Origin: Candidatus Obscuribacteraceae bacterium
Lineage (GTDB): Bacteria > Cyanobacteriota > Vampirovibrionia > Obscuribacterales > Obscuribacteraceae
Direction: 5' to 3'
Length of the DNA stretch: 64,000 nucleotides
Assembly (NCBI GenBank): GCA_044226015.1
Contig: JBGAHS010000002.1
Coordinates: forward strand, 561,571-625,570
Shown: one piece after another, positions 1 through 9,280 of the stretch
How the letters are laid out: each line of letters starts with the position of its first letter
Numbering within the stretch: position 1 is the first letter of the stretch
Made by a program: the position numbers and the translations under genes
Notes under the pieces: generated by a model
Told to the model about the DNA's origin: nothing
Seen by the model: only the letters and a program-made list of their open reading frames with translations
The model's database searches: none

Positions 1-657
1 GACGAAGAAGTACCGCTTGTAGACATGAACGCACTCGACTGTGTAACCTTTTTCGAGACATCGATGGACCTGGCACGCGCAATAAAGAAGAAGCATGTTT
101 CCAAAACAGCCTTGCTGAATGAGATTCGATATACTCGTTATCGTGATGGTAATGTCGGCGATTATACGACTCGCCTACATTACACGACCGACTGGCTCGT
201 AGACAATGAAGCAAAGCACGTTGTTCAGATTCTCGCAGATTTGCCGGGCGCAGAGCCCTTCAAACAAAAAGTCGATTTCATGACCACCCATCCGAGTAGT
301 TACAAACAACTAGCAGCACATCCCGAGTTCATCGAAAAACTAAAATCGTTCGAAGCAAACATCAATAAGCGTTCACTGAAATTCATTCCTGTAGAAAAAG
401 TTAGCGCAATAGAACCACTACTTAAAACAGGAGATATTATTGGTCTATGCACAAATATTAAAGGACTAGACATAACCCACACGGGCATTATCTACCGAGA
501 CATTGATGGAAAGCCACACTTCATGGATGCCTCATCACGCAAGAGTACCATGAAAGTAGTAATCGAACCCTTGCCCATAGGTGAGATGCTTACACAAAAT
601 CAAAAGCGTTCTGCAACACTCACAGGAATTATGGTCGCCAGACCACTGGAACCGTAA
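1..657 (+). CDS. DUF1460 / AmiA-like NlpC/P60-superfamily peptidoglycan amidase, 5'-truncated by the window edge
   Basis: Frame is open from base 1 (DEEVPLVDMNALDCVTFFE). LDCVTF catalytic Cys motif, RY..G....Y..RLHY..DW, and GLDITHTG His motif typical of DUF1460. Confidence 0.8.
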   Translation, partial: DEEVPLVDMNALDCVTFFETSMDLARAIKKKHVSKTALLNEIRYTRYRDGNVGDYTTRLHYTTDWLVDNEAKHVVQILADLPGAEPFKQKVDFMTTHPSSYKQLAAHPEFIEKLKSFEANINKRSLKFIPVEKVSAIEPLLKTGDIIGLCTNIKGLDITHTGIIYRDIDGKPHFMDASSRKSTMKVVIEPLPIGEMLTQNQKRSATLTGIMVARPLEP

Positions 658-794
658 TCAAAAAAAAGAGCACAGTGTCATCGGGCACAACAGACCTTTA
701 GAGATCGATCCAAGAACCCTGAAAAAAAATTCCTTCCGAAATCTAATAAACGTACACTTCAGCCACTCCATCCTGCAATATAACTAAGTTGCGC

Positions 795-823
795 TTGACA
801 CGGAACGCATCAACTCGTAAAAT
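795..823 (+). promoter_or_regulatory. sigma70-type promoter for the SIR2 gene
   Basis: TTGACA (795-800), 17-bp spacer, TAAAAT (818-823), 36 bp upstream of ATG 860. Confidence 0.75.
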
Positions 824-838
824 AATCGTATATTTTAC
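817..838. promoter_or_regulatory. palindromic operator-like site overlapping the -10 element and predicted start site
   Basis: GTAAAATA-atcgta-TATTTTAC, a perfect 8-bp inverted repeat. Confidence 0.5.
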
Positions 839-859
839 ACTTTTTCATGGTACTGACCA

Positions 860-3800
860 ATGCTGCCACTAGTGCCTCAAGGTCCCGAAATACCGAATCA
901 AGTCATACAAGAATTGGAAAAATCGAGGTTGGTATTTTTCTGCGGCGCAGGCATATCCAGATATACGGGAATTCCCCTGTTCCACGGTTTATGCGAAGAG
1001 ATATGGAAGCAGTTCGGACACAGAATCACAGATAAAGAGGATGTGAAAGAACTCTTCGACAAAGAGCAATATGACAAATTCTTGTATGTGATGGAGAAAC
1101 GTGTAAGCAGAGCAGTGCGCGAAAGTGTCGCGAAAATTTGTAGTTCAAGCTTCACAGGAGATCTTGTACTACACAAAGCTCTCTTGCAATTGGGCAGAGT
1201 CAGTGATTCAGGAATTCGACTAATAACAACCAACTTCGACAATAGATTTCTAGAAACCGGACTCATTGAAGCCGCAGACATACATTCGGCACCAGCGCTG
1301 CCACCACCCAATCTATCTTGGCATAGCCTTGTTCACTTGCATGGACGAACGAATAACTCTCAAGACAGAATGAACGAGAATCTTGTCTTTTCATCCGCAG
1401 ATTTTGGGGCAGCATATCTCACAGATGCCTGGGCAAGCCGATTTGTCACTCAAATTTTTCGCGACTTTACGATCGTGTTCGTAGGGTACAGCTTAGCAGA
1501 CCCAATCATGACCTATCTGGTTGATGCAATAGCAGCCGCTCGTGAAAGCGGTGGCTCATTCAAAGAGCCTTTTGCTTTTGCATCCTTTTCCTCATTAGGA
1601 GACACAGAAACTACAAGAAGAAGATGGAAAGCAAAGGGTGTAACTCCCATCTTGTATCACGATCTCGATAATCACCGACTGCTAGAGACCACATTGGTAA
1701 AACTTGCTGAACTTAAACACAAAGGAGTTGCATACAAATATCAAATTTTGGAGGACTTCGGGAATTCTGTTCCATCAACACTATTGCCTGAAGAAAAAAC
1801 TCAGATGCTCTGGTCACTCTCAGACGAAAAAGTTGCCGCGAAATTACCAGAGAAAGGAAAACAATTTCGTTTAGAATGGTTCTTAGATATGATCGCCGTA
1901 GAAACGGCTGGTAAGTTTGCCCCTGGCTATGAAGGGAGAACACTGCTCGAAGCTCCCGATTCAACATCCAGAACTCATCACCTTACTGGACCCAGACATA
2001 GCTTCAGCTATTTACCACCCAATACCCGCAGCATTGCAAGATGGTTATGTAGTTATTTGGACGACAATAGATTGATCGAATGGGCAGTTTCAAAAAACTG
2101 CCTATTGCATCCCGATTTCAAACAACTAATACAGGAAAACTTGAGATCGAACACTTCAGTCTCAAGTTTCCAGCGCCTATTTTGGACATTGATAACAGAT
2201 CCCACCTACAACCCGGAGCCTTTTTGTCAGTCCTACCCTATTCTGCCTGATGAGCTATTATCCGATCAACATAAATTCAAAAAATTGTTTGTTCCAATTC
2301 TTGTTTTTGCTCCAAAGGGTGGACATCCGCTCGGAAATGACGGAGCATCGGAGAAAGGCTTCAGAGAATTTTGCAACCCAAGAATCGCCCTTTCTGGAAG
2401 GAGGTTGCTGAAACTGAATGAGAATCTATTTGCCAACAATAACCACGAGCTTCTAGCCAAAATAAGTACCTCGTTAACTGAATACCTCTGTTGCGCAATG
2501 GAGATGCTCCAAAGTGTAGGTGAAGCCAGTAAAAAAGCCGATTTAAGCTGGTTTGAGCTAAATTCTATTGAGCCTAGCCTGCAGGATAAATCCCCAAATG
2601 ACCTAGCAATTCTAATTCAAATCGTTAGAAATTCCTTTAATGCGGCAATGGGGCTAGACCCAGAGCTGGCCCATGATTTATTTAGGAAATGGACAAAAAT
2701 TGATTTCCCCATATTCAGCCGATTGATTTTGTATGCAGCAGCAAAATACGAAGAATTACCAATTGGAACAGCCCTAGAACGCATTTTAGAAGGTGATTGT
2801 TTATGGTCAATCGAAACCCACAAAGAACTTCTTGCTTTTCTGAGAATAGCAGGCAATCGACTTTCCACGTTGGAGCTACAAACTCTTTGCGAAGCTATAC
2901 AAAGAGGACCTAATGCAGGAGAACCGATCGACGAGAGTCACAGTGGCGCCGTAAGACTGCGATTTCATAAACTATCTCAGTCGGGCGCAAACTTATCCGA
3001 GGACATCCTGAAAAAGGCGGGAATTTTCGGAACAAACAACCTAGACGAACCGAATGAATACGGAGAATTTGAAAATGAGTTTCTAATCTACTCCGAAATC
3101 ATAACTGACTGGGATCATTCATCCGGAAATCAGAATCACATTTCACAGCTCAAAATGAATTCAGAGGCGCTCTACCAGGCGCTGACAAGCTCACCGGACG
3201 ATGTCGATACAACCTTAGCTTGGCAGGAACTAATTGGAGAGAACCCAACAGAAGCACGAAAAATTTGCCAAAAGCTTATAGCGAACCTGCAATGGGTTGA
3301 ATCAATTTGGCTAACAGTATTTAAAAGTACAGGCGAAAACAACGATATAGTTTACATAGAATCTGTTCTTGAAGCCATTGAGCTCATGAATGATGAAATC
3401 CTGAACAAACTTATTCGTCCAGCCTGTAGATGGCTGGCCGCCCTTGGCTGCAAGACATCAAACGAGAAGCTCCTGTTCAAGGCAATTGAGAGACTATGGA
3501 CCTTAACAACCGCGGAAGACTTAACTTCATCCGTTTCCGCGGAACCCGTTATGGAGTCAATTAACAGCCCAGCAGGAAACCTGGCAGAAGCTTTAATTGA
3601 CAACATTTCAAGGAATTTACCGGAAAACGAACCAAAAAAAATCCCTTCTGAACTGAGACCATTGCTAGAAAAAATGTGCGGCAAGACGTCAGAGCATGAA
3701 CTATTAGCATCGACAATTTTTGCTTCAAGACTACCAATCCTGTTCAAGCTTGATCGCGACTGGACCCAAGTGCATTTGTGCGACCACATGGATTGGTCTA

Positions 3801-4459
3801 ATGCGGAACTCTCAAAAAGATTGTGGGCAGGGTATCTTTGGAGCCCATGGGCATTTCCGGATCTCGCAGTTTCGATTGGACCTTCATTATTAAAGACTCT
3901 TCGACGAGACGAGATTTCTGGCGACACAGGACGAAACGCATGCAAGCTAGCCGTCAACTTTCTAATGAACAACATGTTTGACTCAAAAGATTTAGCATGT
4001 GTATTGACGGATCTTGATACTGAAAAACGTTGTGCCATCCTTGCCCAATTTACAAATCACCTTCTGAAAGTAGACCAGTGGAAATGGACCAAGGATGTGA
4101 AATCAAAATTCTCCGAAGTTTGGCCAGCTGATAAATGCCTGCAGAACGTTGAAACCACAACCGCTCTGTCCCAAATGGCGATAGCCGCAGACGAGGAGTT
4201 TCCGGATGCCGTTGACACCATTGCTACATACCTGGTCGGTGGTGAAAGCTATGATCAAGTACTATACTCAATTGACAAATCCCAATTACCTGAAAAATTT
4301 CCAGCAACATGCATAATTCTTATGACTCTTTTGCTTGATGGATCAAGTCCAAATTGGAATAAAGAACTGTTCTTGAGAGTTGTAGCTCGAATACCAAAAT
4401 CCACAGCGGGTTACGAAAGCACTAAGTTTAAGAAAATTAGAGAGGTCTTTGGTGAATAA
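860..4459 (+). CDS. Dsr1-like defence-associated sirtuin (N-terminal SIR2 NADase plus long helical C-terminal region)
   Basis: 1199 aa. GPEIP...LVFFCGAGIS, ITTNFD, HLHG, ADFGAAYL..AWASRFV, FVGYSL.DP match the SIR2_2/Dsr1 N-terminus. INSPAG.LAE and W.GYLWSPW in the C-terminal half resemble Dsr1-type proteins. Confidence 0.8.
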   Translation: MLPLVPQGPEIPNQVIQELEKSRLVFFCGAGISRYTGIPLFHGLCEEIWKQFGHRITDKEDVKELFDKEQYDKFLYVMEKRVSRAVRESVAKICSSSFTGDLVLHKALLQLGRVSDSGIRLITTNFDNRFLETGLIEAADIHSAPALPPPNLSWHSLVHLHGRTNNSQDRMNENLVFSSADFGAAYLTDAWASRFVTQIFRDFTIVFVGYSLADPIMTYLVDAIAAARESGGSFKEPFAFASFSSLGDTETTRRRWKAKGVTPILYHDLDNHRLLETTLVKLAELKHKGVAYKYQILEDFGNSVPSTLLPEEKTQMLWSLSDEKVAAKLPEKGKQFRLEWFLDMIAVETAGKFAPGYEGRTLLEAPDSTSRTHHLTGPRHSFSYLPPNTRSIARWLCSYLDDNRLIEWAVSKNCLLHPDFKQLIQENLRSNTSVSSFQRLFWTLITDPTYNPEPFCQSYPILPDELLSDQHKFKKLFVPILVFAPKGGHPLGNDGASEKGFREFCNPRIALSGRRLLKLNENLFANNNHELLAKISTSLTEYLCCAMEMLQSVGEASKKADLSWFELNSIEPSLQDKSPNDLAILIQIVRNSFNAAMGLDPELAHDLFRKWTKIDFPIFSRLILYAAAKYEELPIGTALERILEGDCLWSIETHKELLAFLRIAGNRLSTLELQTLCEAIQRGPNAGEPIDESHSGAVRLRFHKLSQSGANLSEDILKKAGIFGTNNLDEPNEYGEFENEFLIYSEIITDWDHSSGNQNHISQLKMNSEALYQALTSSPDDVDTTLAWQELIGENPTEARKICQKLIANLQWVESIWLTVFKSTGENNDIVYIESVLEAIELMNDEILNKLIRPACRWLAALGCKTSNEKLLFKAIERLWTLTTAEDLTSSVSAEPVMESINSPAGNLAEALIDNISRNLPENEPKKIPSELRPLLEKMCGKTSEHELLASTIFASRLPILFKLDRDWTQVHLCDHMDWSNAELSKRLWAGYLWSPWAFPDLAVSIGPSLLKTLRRDEISGDTGRNACKLAVNFLMNNMFDSKDLACVLTDLDTEKRCAILAQFTNHLLKVDQWKWTKDVKSKFSEVWPADKCLQNVETTTALSQMAIAADEEFPDAVDTIATYLVGGESYDQVLYSIDKSQLPEKFPATCIILMTLLLDGSSPNWNKELFLRVVARIPKSTAGYESTKFKKIREVFGE

Positions 4460-4546
4460 GCTTGGCAAAAAGTTGCCAATGCTCCTTTTAGGCATTCCTA
4501 ATTGGAATCTACACGATTCGACTCGTTGTTATACAATCCAGAGAGA

Positions 4547-5140
4547 ATGATTGAGAGAACGAACTCGAAGGATCACAACTCTCAGCCAGTCATCAGAGTT
4601 AAGAGCCGAACCGGAAAACTCTTAGACCTTTCGTCTTCTGGTTTCAAAAATCGATTTGGCGTCGAATACACCGCGAGACTAATCGTGGATCAAAGCTGTT
4701 CCTCGCGTGCATCCGTCGACGCTGTCGCAGATGCACGCTATCAGGATCAGATTCGCAGCACAGTAATAGCGGATGTCTACATTCAAAAAGTCAGTGAAGC
4801 CGTAGGACACGGCGTCTTCGCCTATGATGAAATCGAGGCTGGGCAAATGATTGGTGAATACACAGGACTAGCCCGCAGGAAGAAGAACTCAGATTGCAGC
4901 AACGCTTATATCTTCAATTACACCAGCGATGACGTTATCGATGCAAGCAAACGCGGAAACTCTATGCGCTTCATAAATCATTCAAATCAAAATGCGAATA
5001 CCAACTACAAGCGAGTAATGGTAGATGGAGTACAACACATAATCTTCATCGCCCTGCGAAGAATCGCTGCCGGCGAGCAAATACTATTCGATTACGGTGA
5101 AAATTACTGGGCGTTCCGCCATGAGCCAGAGGAAATATAG
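4547..5140 (+). CDS. SET-domain lysine methyltransferase
   Basis: GHGVFA, IGEYTG, IDA..RGN.MRFINHS, GEQILFDYGENYW motifs. ATG 4547 preferred over TTG 4502. Confidence 0.85.
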   Translation: MIERTNSKDHNSQPVIRVKSRTGKLLDLSSSGFKNRFGVEYTARLIVDQSCSSRASVDAVADARYQDQIRSTVIADVYIQKVSEAVGHGVFAYDEIEAGQMIGEYTGLARRKKNSDCSNAYIFNYTSDDVIDASKRGNSMRFINHSNQNANTNYKRVMVDGVQHIIFIALRRIAAGEQILFDYGENYWAFRHEPEEI

Positions 5141-5225
5141 AATCAGGCGAACAGATTGAGAACAAGACCCCTGCTGATTTTGCATCAACTAGACAAAAAT
5201 TAGCGCAAAAGCTAGACCAGTTGAT

Positions 5226-5467
5226 TCGTGATTTGAAGTAGAGCCCGGAATGGACGTGGCTCCTGAAATTGAAGTAAATAGCGGAATCGGAATTGAGTGG
5301 GTCCCGAAACCGGAAGTGGGTCCCGGAATCGGAAGTGGATCTCGGAATTGAGTGGATTCCGAAATCGGAAGTGGCTCCCGGAATCGGAGCGGATCCCGGA
5401 ATTGAGTGGATCTCGAATTTGAAGTGGAGCCCAGAATTGAAAATAGGCTCTAGAATTGGAAGTAGAT
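5226..5467 (-). repeat. degenerate 17-19 bp tandem array of about 12-13 units
   Basis: Minus-strand units include ATCTACTTCCAATTCTAG, GCTCCACTTCAAATTCGAG, ATCCACTCAATTCCGGG, ATCCACTCAATTCCGAG, ATCCACTTCCGATTCCGGG, ACCCACTTCCGGTTTCGGG. Lies between convergent genes. Confidence 0.8.
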
Positions 5468-6865
5468 AAATGGTTTTGCGACCTCGCTCGTACATGCGAG
5501 AATCGCGACAGATAGCCCAGCGTATGCAATTCCTTTTACAGGAATAGGCAAGCTTATGAATGCCTTTTGGAATTTGTCCTTATCCCAAAGTTGCAGACCC
5601 CAGCCCAAAAGTATTACTGCAAAAGCAAGGCAAGTGCCGTTAGTAACATAGACTGTGTTCGACCAGCTAAACATACTATGTACAAGCTGACCGAAAAGAT
5701 TCATGTTCTCGATTCGGAACACCATCCAGCTAAGATTAACAAGAGCAAAAGTTCCAACCTGCCTCATTAACAACGTGAGCCAGCCGCACTTAGGATTGTC
5801 TGCATTTGTTTCCCATTTAAACACGCGCTCTAGAACAAGGAAAGCGCCCTGCAAAAATCCCCAGAAAACGAAATGCCATGCGGCGCCGTGCCAGAGCCCA
5901 CCCAAGAGCATCGTAATCATCAAGTTGCGAAGAACTCCCAGCTCTGTCTTCATCCGACTTCCGCCAAGAGGAATATAAAGATAGTCCCTCAGCCATGACG
6001 ACAGAGAGATGTGCCAACGACGCCAAAACTCTGTAATACTTGCCGAAGCATATGGACGATTGAAATTCAACGGAAGTTCGAATCCCATTAGCCTTGCACA
6101 CCCGATGGCTACATCTGTGTAGCCACTGAAGTCGTAGTAAATCTGAAAGGTGAACGCTAAAACGCCAAGCCAGGCATTCAAAGGATCCACACCTAAAGGA
6201 TTGTTGAAAGCCTTGTCCGCATAACTAGCCAAAAAGTCCGCGAAAATAACCTTCTTGACCAGACCTTGAGCAATCATGAACAAAGCGTTTTCGAGCTGCT
6301 CTGGGCTGACTTTCGGCTTCTTATCCAGCTGAGGTAAAAACTGGTGCGGGCGCAGAATTGGTCCTGCAATCAAGTGAGGAAAGTACGCCACGAAGAGAGC
6401 AAATCGACTCCAAGATTTTTCCGCCTTGATCTCACCACGATAAACATCGATGGTATAGCTCATGCTTTCAAATGTGTAAAACGAAATACCCACCGGAAGA
6501 ATGATATTCCAAGCTGTCCAACTGTGCTGTATTCCAAGAAGATTCATGCCATCAGATACGGTACCGCAGAAGAAATTGAAATACTTGAAGAAAGCCAGCA
6601 TGCTTAGATTTGTGCCCATCGAAAGGAAGAGCAAAAGCTTGCGCCTGACAGGAGACGAGCTAGATTCAATCATTCGCGCCGCGATAAAGTCGATTTGCAT
6701 GCAAATGAACAGAAGCAATATTATCCAGCCGTTGTTACTCCAGTAAAAGTAAAAACTGGATAGCAAAATTGTCCACAATCTCAGCTTTGGAGTTGGTGCA
6801 AGAAGCCAACTCAAAATCAATATTCCAATGTAAAAGAACAGGTACTGGGCTGAAGTAAATAACAC
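5450..6865 (-). CDS. MBOAT family O-acyltransferase (AlgI/PatA/DltB-like)
   Basis: LPVGISFYTF, FFPHLIAGPI-like segment, DFSGYTD, FWRRWHISLS, GLWHGA catalytic His, C-terminal PFIYFQF. Confidence 0.92.
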   Translation of the reverse strand: MLFTSAQYLFFYIGILILSWLLAPTPKLRLWTILLSSFYFYWSNNGWIILLLFICMQIDFIAARMIESSSSPVRRKLLLFLSMGTNLSMLAFFKYFNFFCGTVSDGMNLLGIQHSWTAWNIILPVGISFYTFESMSYTIDVYRGEIKAEKSWSRFALFVAYFPHLIAGPILRPHQFLPQLDKKPKVSPEQLENALFMIAQGLVKKVIFADFLASYADKAFNNPLGVDPLNAWLGVLAFTFQIYYDFSGYTDVAIGCARLMGFELPLNFNRPYASASITEFWRRWHISLSSWLRDYLYIPLGGSRMKTELGVLRNLMITMLLGGLWHGAAWHFVFWGFLQGAFLVLERVFKWETNADNPKCGWLTLLMRQVGTFALVNLSWMVFRIENMNLFGQLVHSMFSWSNTVYVTNGTCLAFAVILLGWGLQLWDKDKFQKAFISLPIPVKGIAYAGLSVAILACTSEVAKPFIYFQF

Positions 6866-8118
6866 TAGTTAGCCCTCCGCAAGAAGGGCTTCAATTGCTG
6901 GGCCAGCCGAGCATCATAAATCGCGCCGCCTTCCGAATTGAGGTGATTGTAATCAAAATACTTATCATCAGTGAAATCGGATTGCTCAACTCTGATAAAA
7001 GGAAAGCCATAACTGCTAACGATCGGTTTTACTACATCAGTCATGTAGTTCATGTAACTTTGCTGCATTGTCTTATCAGCATACTGATTTGGCGCTTCCT
7101 GAATGTCGTTGACGATCAAATTAATCTTATTGTCTTTGAACAATTTGAGTATTGCCTTGAAATTGCTCATGTACTGAGGCAACGCATGAAATTCGTAGTC
7201 GATTTTCTTGCTTTTGCCGACCAAACCATCATGATTTTGTTTCTGTTTCTGCCTGAAATATGCATGATCAAGCTCGACACGGCTGTAGCTACCCTGACTT
7301 CGAAGGAGTGCTACAGAATGAATTACTTCACCCGACTCCTCTGGAAATTCAACGCTATGTACGTTCGGGTCTTTTTTGTAGAGTTGGACCAAATCGTTTT
7401 GTTTAGCAACGCGAGACTGCGCGTTGTTTGCCATCGCAGCGGGCTCTAGTTCTGTAGTTTCTGAATTTGCGAATCCTGCCAATGGTTGGTCAAGGAACGA
7501 GTAAAGGCTCTGATGCATTTCTTGTCGCTTAGCGACAATCTGAGTAAGCGGGTTGAAATAAAGCAGATTTTCCGCCAGCTCTTCAATGGGATAGCCCCAG
7601 AACAAATACGCTGGTAGATTCTTCAACTTAATGGGATATCGCGATTGGACTTTTCCTGACCTGGTGAAGTTCTGATGGCCGATCGTCAACACAACCGTTG
7701 CGCCTGGTTTTATATGTTTGACGATGTCCTGATAGTAAGGTAATTGAGTTGGAAACCAATGCGAAAATGCAGCCATGTTGACAGAATTAGTACCGAGATA
7801 ACTATCCATAATGTCTGGATGGATGCCACAGTAAGTACGGCTATCTCCGATAAAAATCAAATCGAATGTGTGACCATATTGGCGGAAAAACCGCTGCTTC
7901 TCTATTGGCACACCATAAATTGAAGCAATGTCTTTCTTTTGAGTGCTGTGAAGATACAAACTTCCAAGCACGAGAGGAAGAAAAAAGAAAACGAGGTAAA
8001 GCAGTACATTTAGTTTTAGAGATCGCGTTCTTGCCAGTGAAGGCTTCGTCTCTGCTTGCTGCAGAGAACTTTCGAAGACTTTGGCTTGCGCCCGCTCCTC
8101 TTTCTGGGTGACACTCAT
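6865..8118 (-). CDS. membrane-anchored SGNH-type acyltransferase/esterase, partner of the MBOAT
   Basis: N-terminal TM, IFIGDSR (block I), DYNHLN (DxxH). Stop overlaps the MBOAT start by 1 nt. Confidence 0.7.
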   Translation of the reverse strand: MSVTQKEERAQAKVFESSLQQAETKPSLARTRSLKLNVLLYLVFFFLPLVLGSLYLHSTQKKDIASIYGVPIEKQRFFRQYGHTFDLIFIGDSRTYCGIHPDIMDSYLGTNSVNMAAFSHWFPTQLPYYQDIVKHIKPGATVVLTIGHQNFTRSGKVQSRYPIKLKNLPAYLFWGYPIEELAENLLYFNPLTQIVAKRQEMHQSLYSFLDQPLAGFANSETTELEPAAMANNAQSRVAKQNDLVQLYKKDPNVHSVEFPEESGEVIHSVALLRSQGSYSRVELDHAYFRQKQKQNHDGLVGKSKKIDYEFHALPQYMSNFKAILKLFKDNKINLIVNDIQEAPNQYADKTMQQSYMNYMTDVVKPIVSSYGFPFIRVEQSDFTDDKYFDYNHLNSEGGAIYDARLAQQLKPFLRRAN

Positions 8119-8476
8119 AATTTGGCACCCGTCATGCCAGTAACCACCAATCTCTTATCCACAAGCCTGCGCTTTTTATCTGGGCTAAATTAGCTGGCTT
8201 ACGAAAGCGACGTACATCGCCTCCGTGCTCATGCTCACAGAATTATCTCATGACAGCTTCAAAACCAAGGCTGGGTTTGATTATCTAGCCTTCAGTTAAT
8301 ATTCTACTCATAGAACGAATCTGCTCAAATAGGCTCTGGCTGAGCAACGCGCCGCACGCCCGAGCAACTTTGAATAAGTTGAAAAGTTTCAAATATTGAG
8401 TTTGACATCATTTCGTAGATGTTCAGTTCGGACAGAATTGGATATGAAGCCTGACTCATTTCCGTTCAGTGCAAAA

Positions 8477-9091
8477 TTACTGCCCAGGGATGGAGCCAGC
8501 AAGCATCATCTGTTTAGCTTTCGCCAGGTTATCGGCGATTATTTTTTTCATTCCAACTGTGGTGGTTAAACCTTCTGCCTTATGGAGCACAACCATCGCA
8601 GCCTGGGGTCGGCTTGTTTCAAGATAAACTTCCGCCAGATTTGTCATCGCAGGTACATACCCCGGATCAACGCGAATAGCGCTTTTACACGCAAGTTCTG
8701 CACCCATAAAATCCTTATTCTTGGTCATAGCGTCAGCCATATTGCTGTAAGCTGCAGCGAAATCGGGCGTCAGCTCTACCGCTTTCTTGTACTGTGCAAT
8801 TGCTTCGACATAGCGCTTTAAATCAGATAGAGCATTGCCATAATTGCAGTAATTTACCGAATAAGTTGGATAGGCAGCTATAGCCAATTTGAACTGCACA
8901 AGAGCTTCTTTGAACTTTCCTTGCTCTTCAAGCGCAATTCCTTTTTCATTGAACTCGCAGGATCTTGCAAACGCTTCACGCTTGCTTTTACCAGTAACTC
9001 TGGACTCAAAAGCTTCTGCAGAACAACTGTTAGCTGCGATCGCTAACGCCAGAAAAAGAGCAGAGACAAAGAGAGATCTGTAAGTGAACAT
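8477..9091 (-). CDS. secreted TPR-repeat protein
   Basis: Signal peptide followed by about 4 TPRs (YCNYGNALSDL, AYSNMADA, AMTNLAEVY). Confidence 0.8.
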   Translation of the reverse strand: MFTYRSLFVSALFLALAIAANSCSAEAFESRVTGKSKREAFARSCEFNEKGIALEEQGKFKEALVQFKLAIAAYPTYSVNYCNYGNALSDLKRYVEAIAQYKKAVELTPDFAAAYSNMADAMTKNKDFMGAELACKSAIRVDPGYVPAMTNLAEVYLETSRPQAAMVVLHKAEGLTTTVGMKKIIADNLAKAKQMMLAGSIPGQ

Positions 9092-9280
9092 TTGAAGTCA
9101 TCTCCAAATAGCTAAATAACTATCGGCGGGGTTGAGATATTTTGACAATATCCATAGTTGGGCTCATTCCGAACCGTGAAAATACGAAAAGCCTCTTAAA
9201 ATGACCCATTACAGACTATTTTTAATGCGAATTTTGGCAGAATTTTGGCACGTTTGACAGCGAATATCTACAGCAACAGC

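Noticed and set aside
3352..4038. 228-aa antisense ORF inside the SIR2 gene (and similar shadow ORFs elsewhere)
   Set aside because: Fully antisense to a well-supported CDS, with Ser-rich composition typical of shadow frames and no motifs.
5046..5529. ORFs 5046-5495 and 5212-5529 across the degenerate array
   Set aside because: They overlap real genes and are explained by stop-poor repeats of non-triplet length.
9229..9250. GAATTTTGGCA direct repeat downstream of umuC as a target-site duplication
   Set aside because: The two copies are adjacent with no matching copy on the other side of umuDC; could be a chance duplication.
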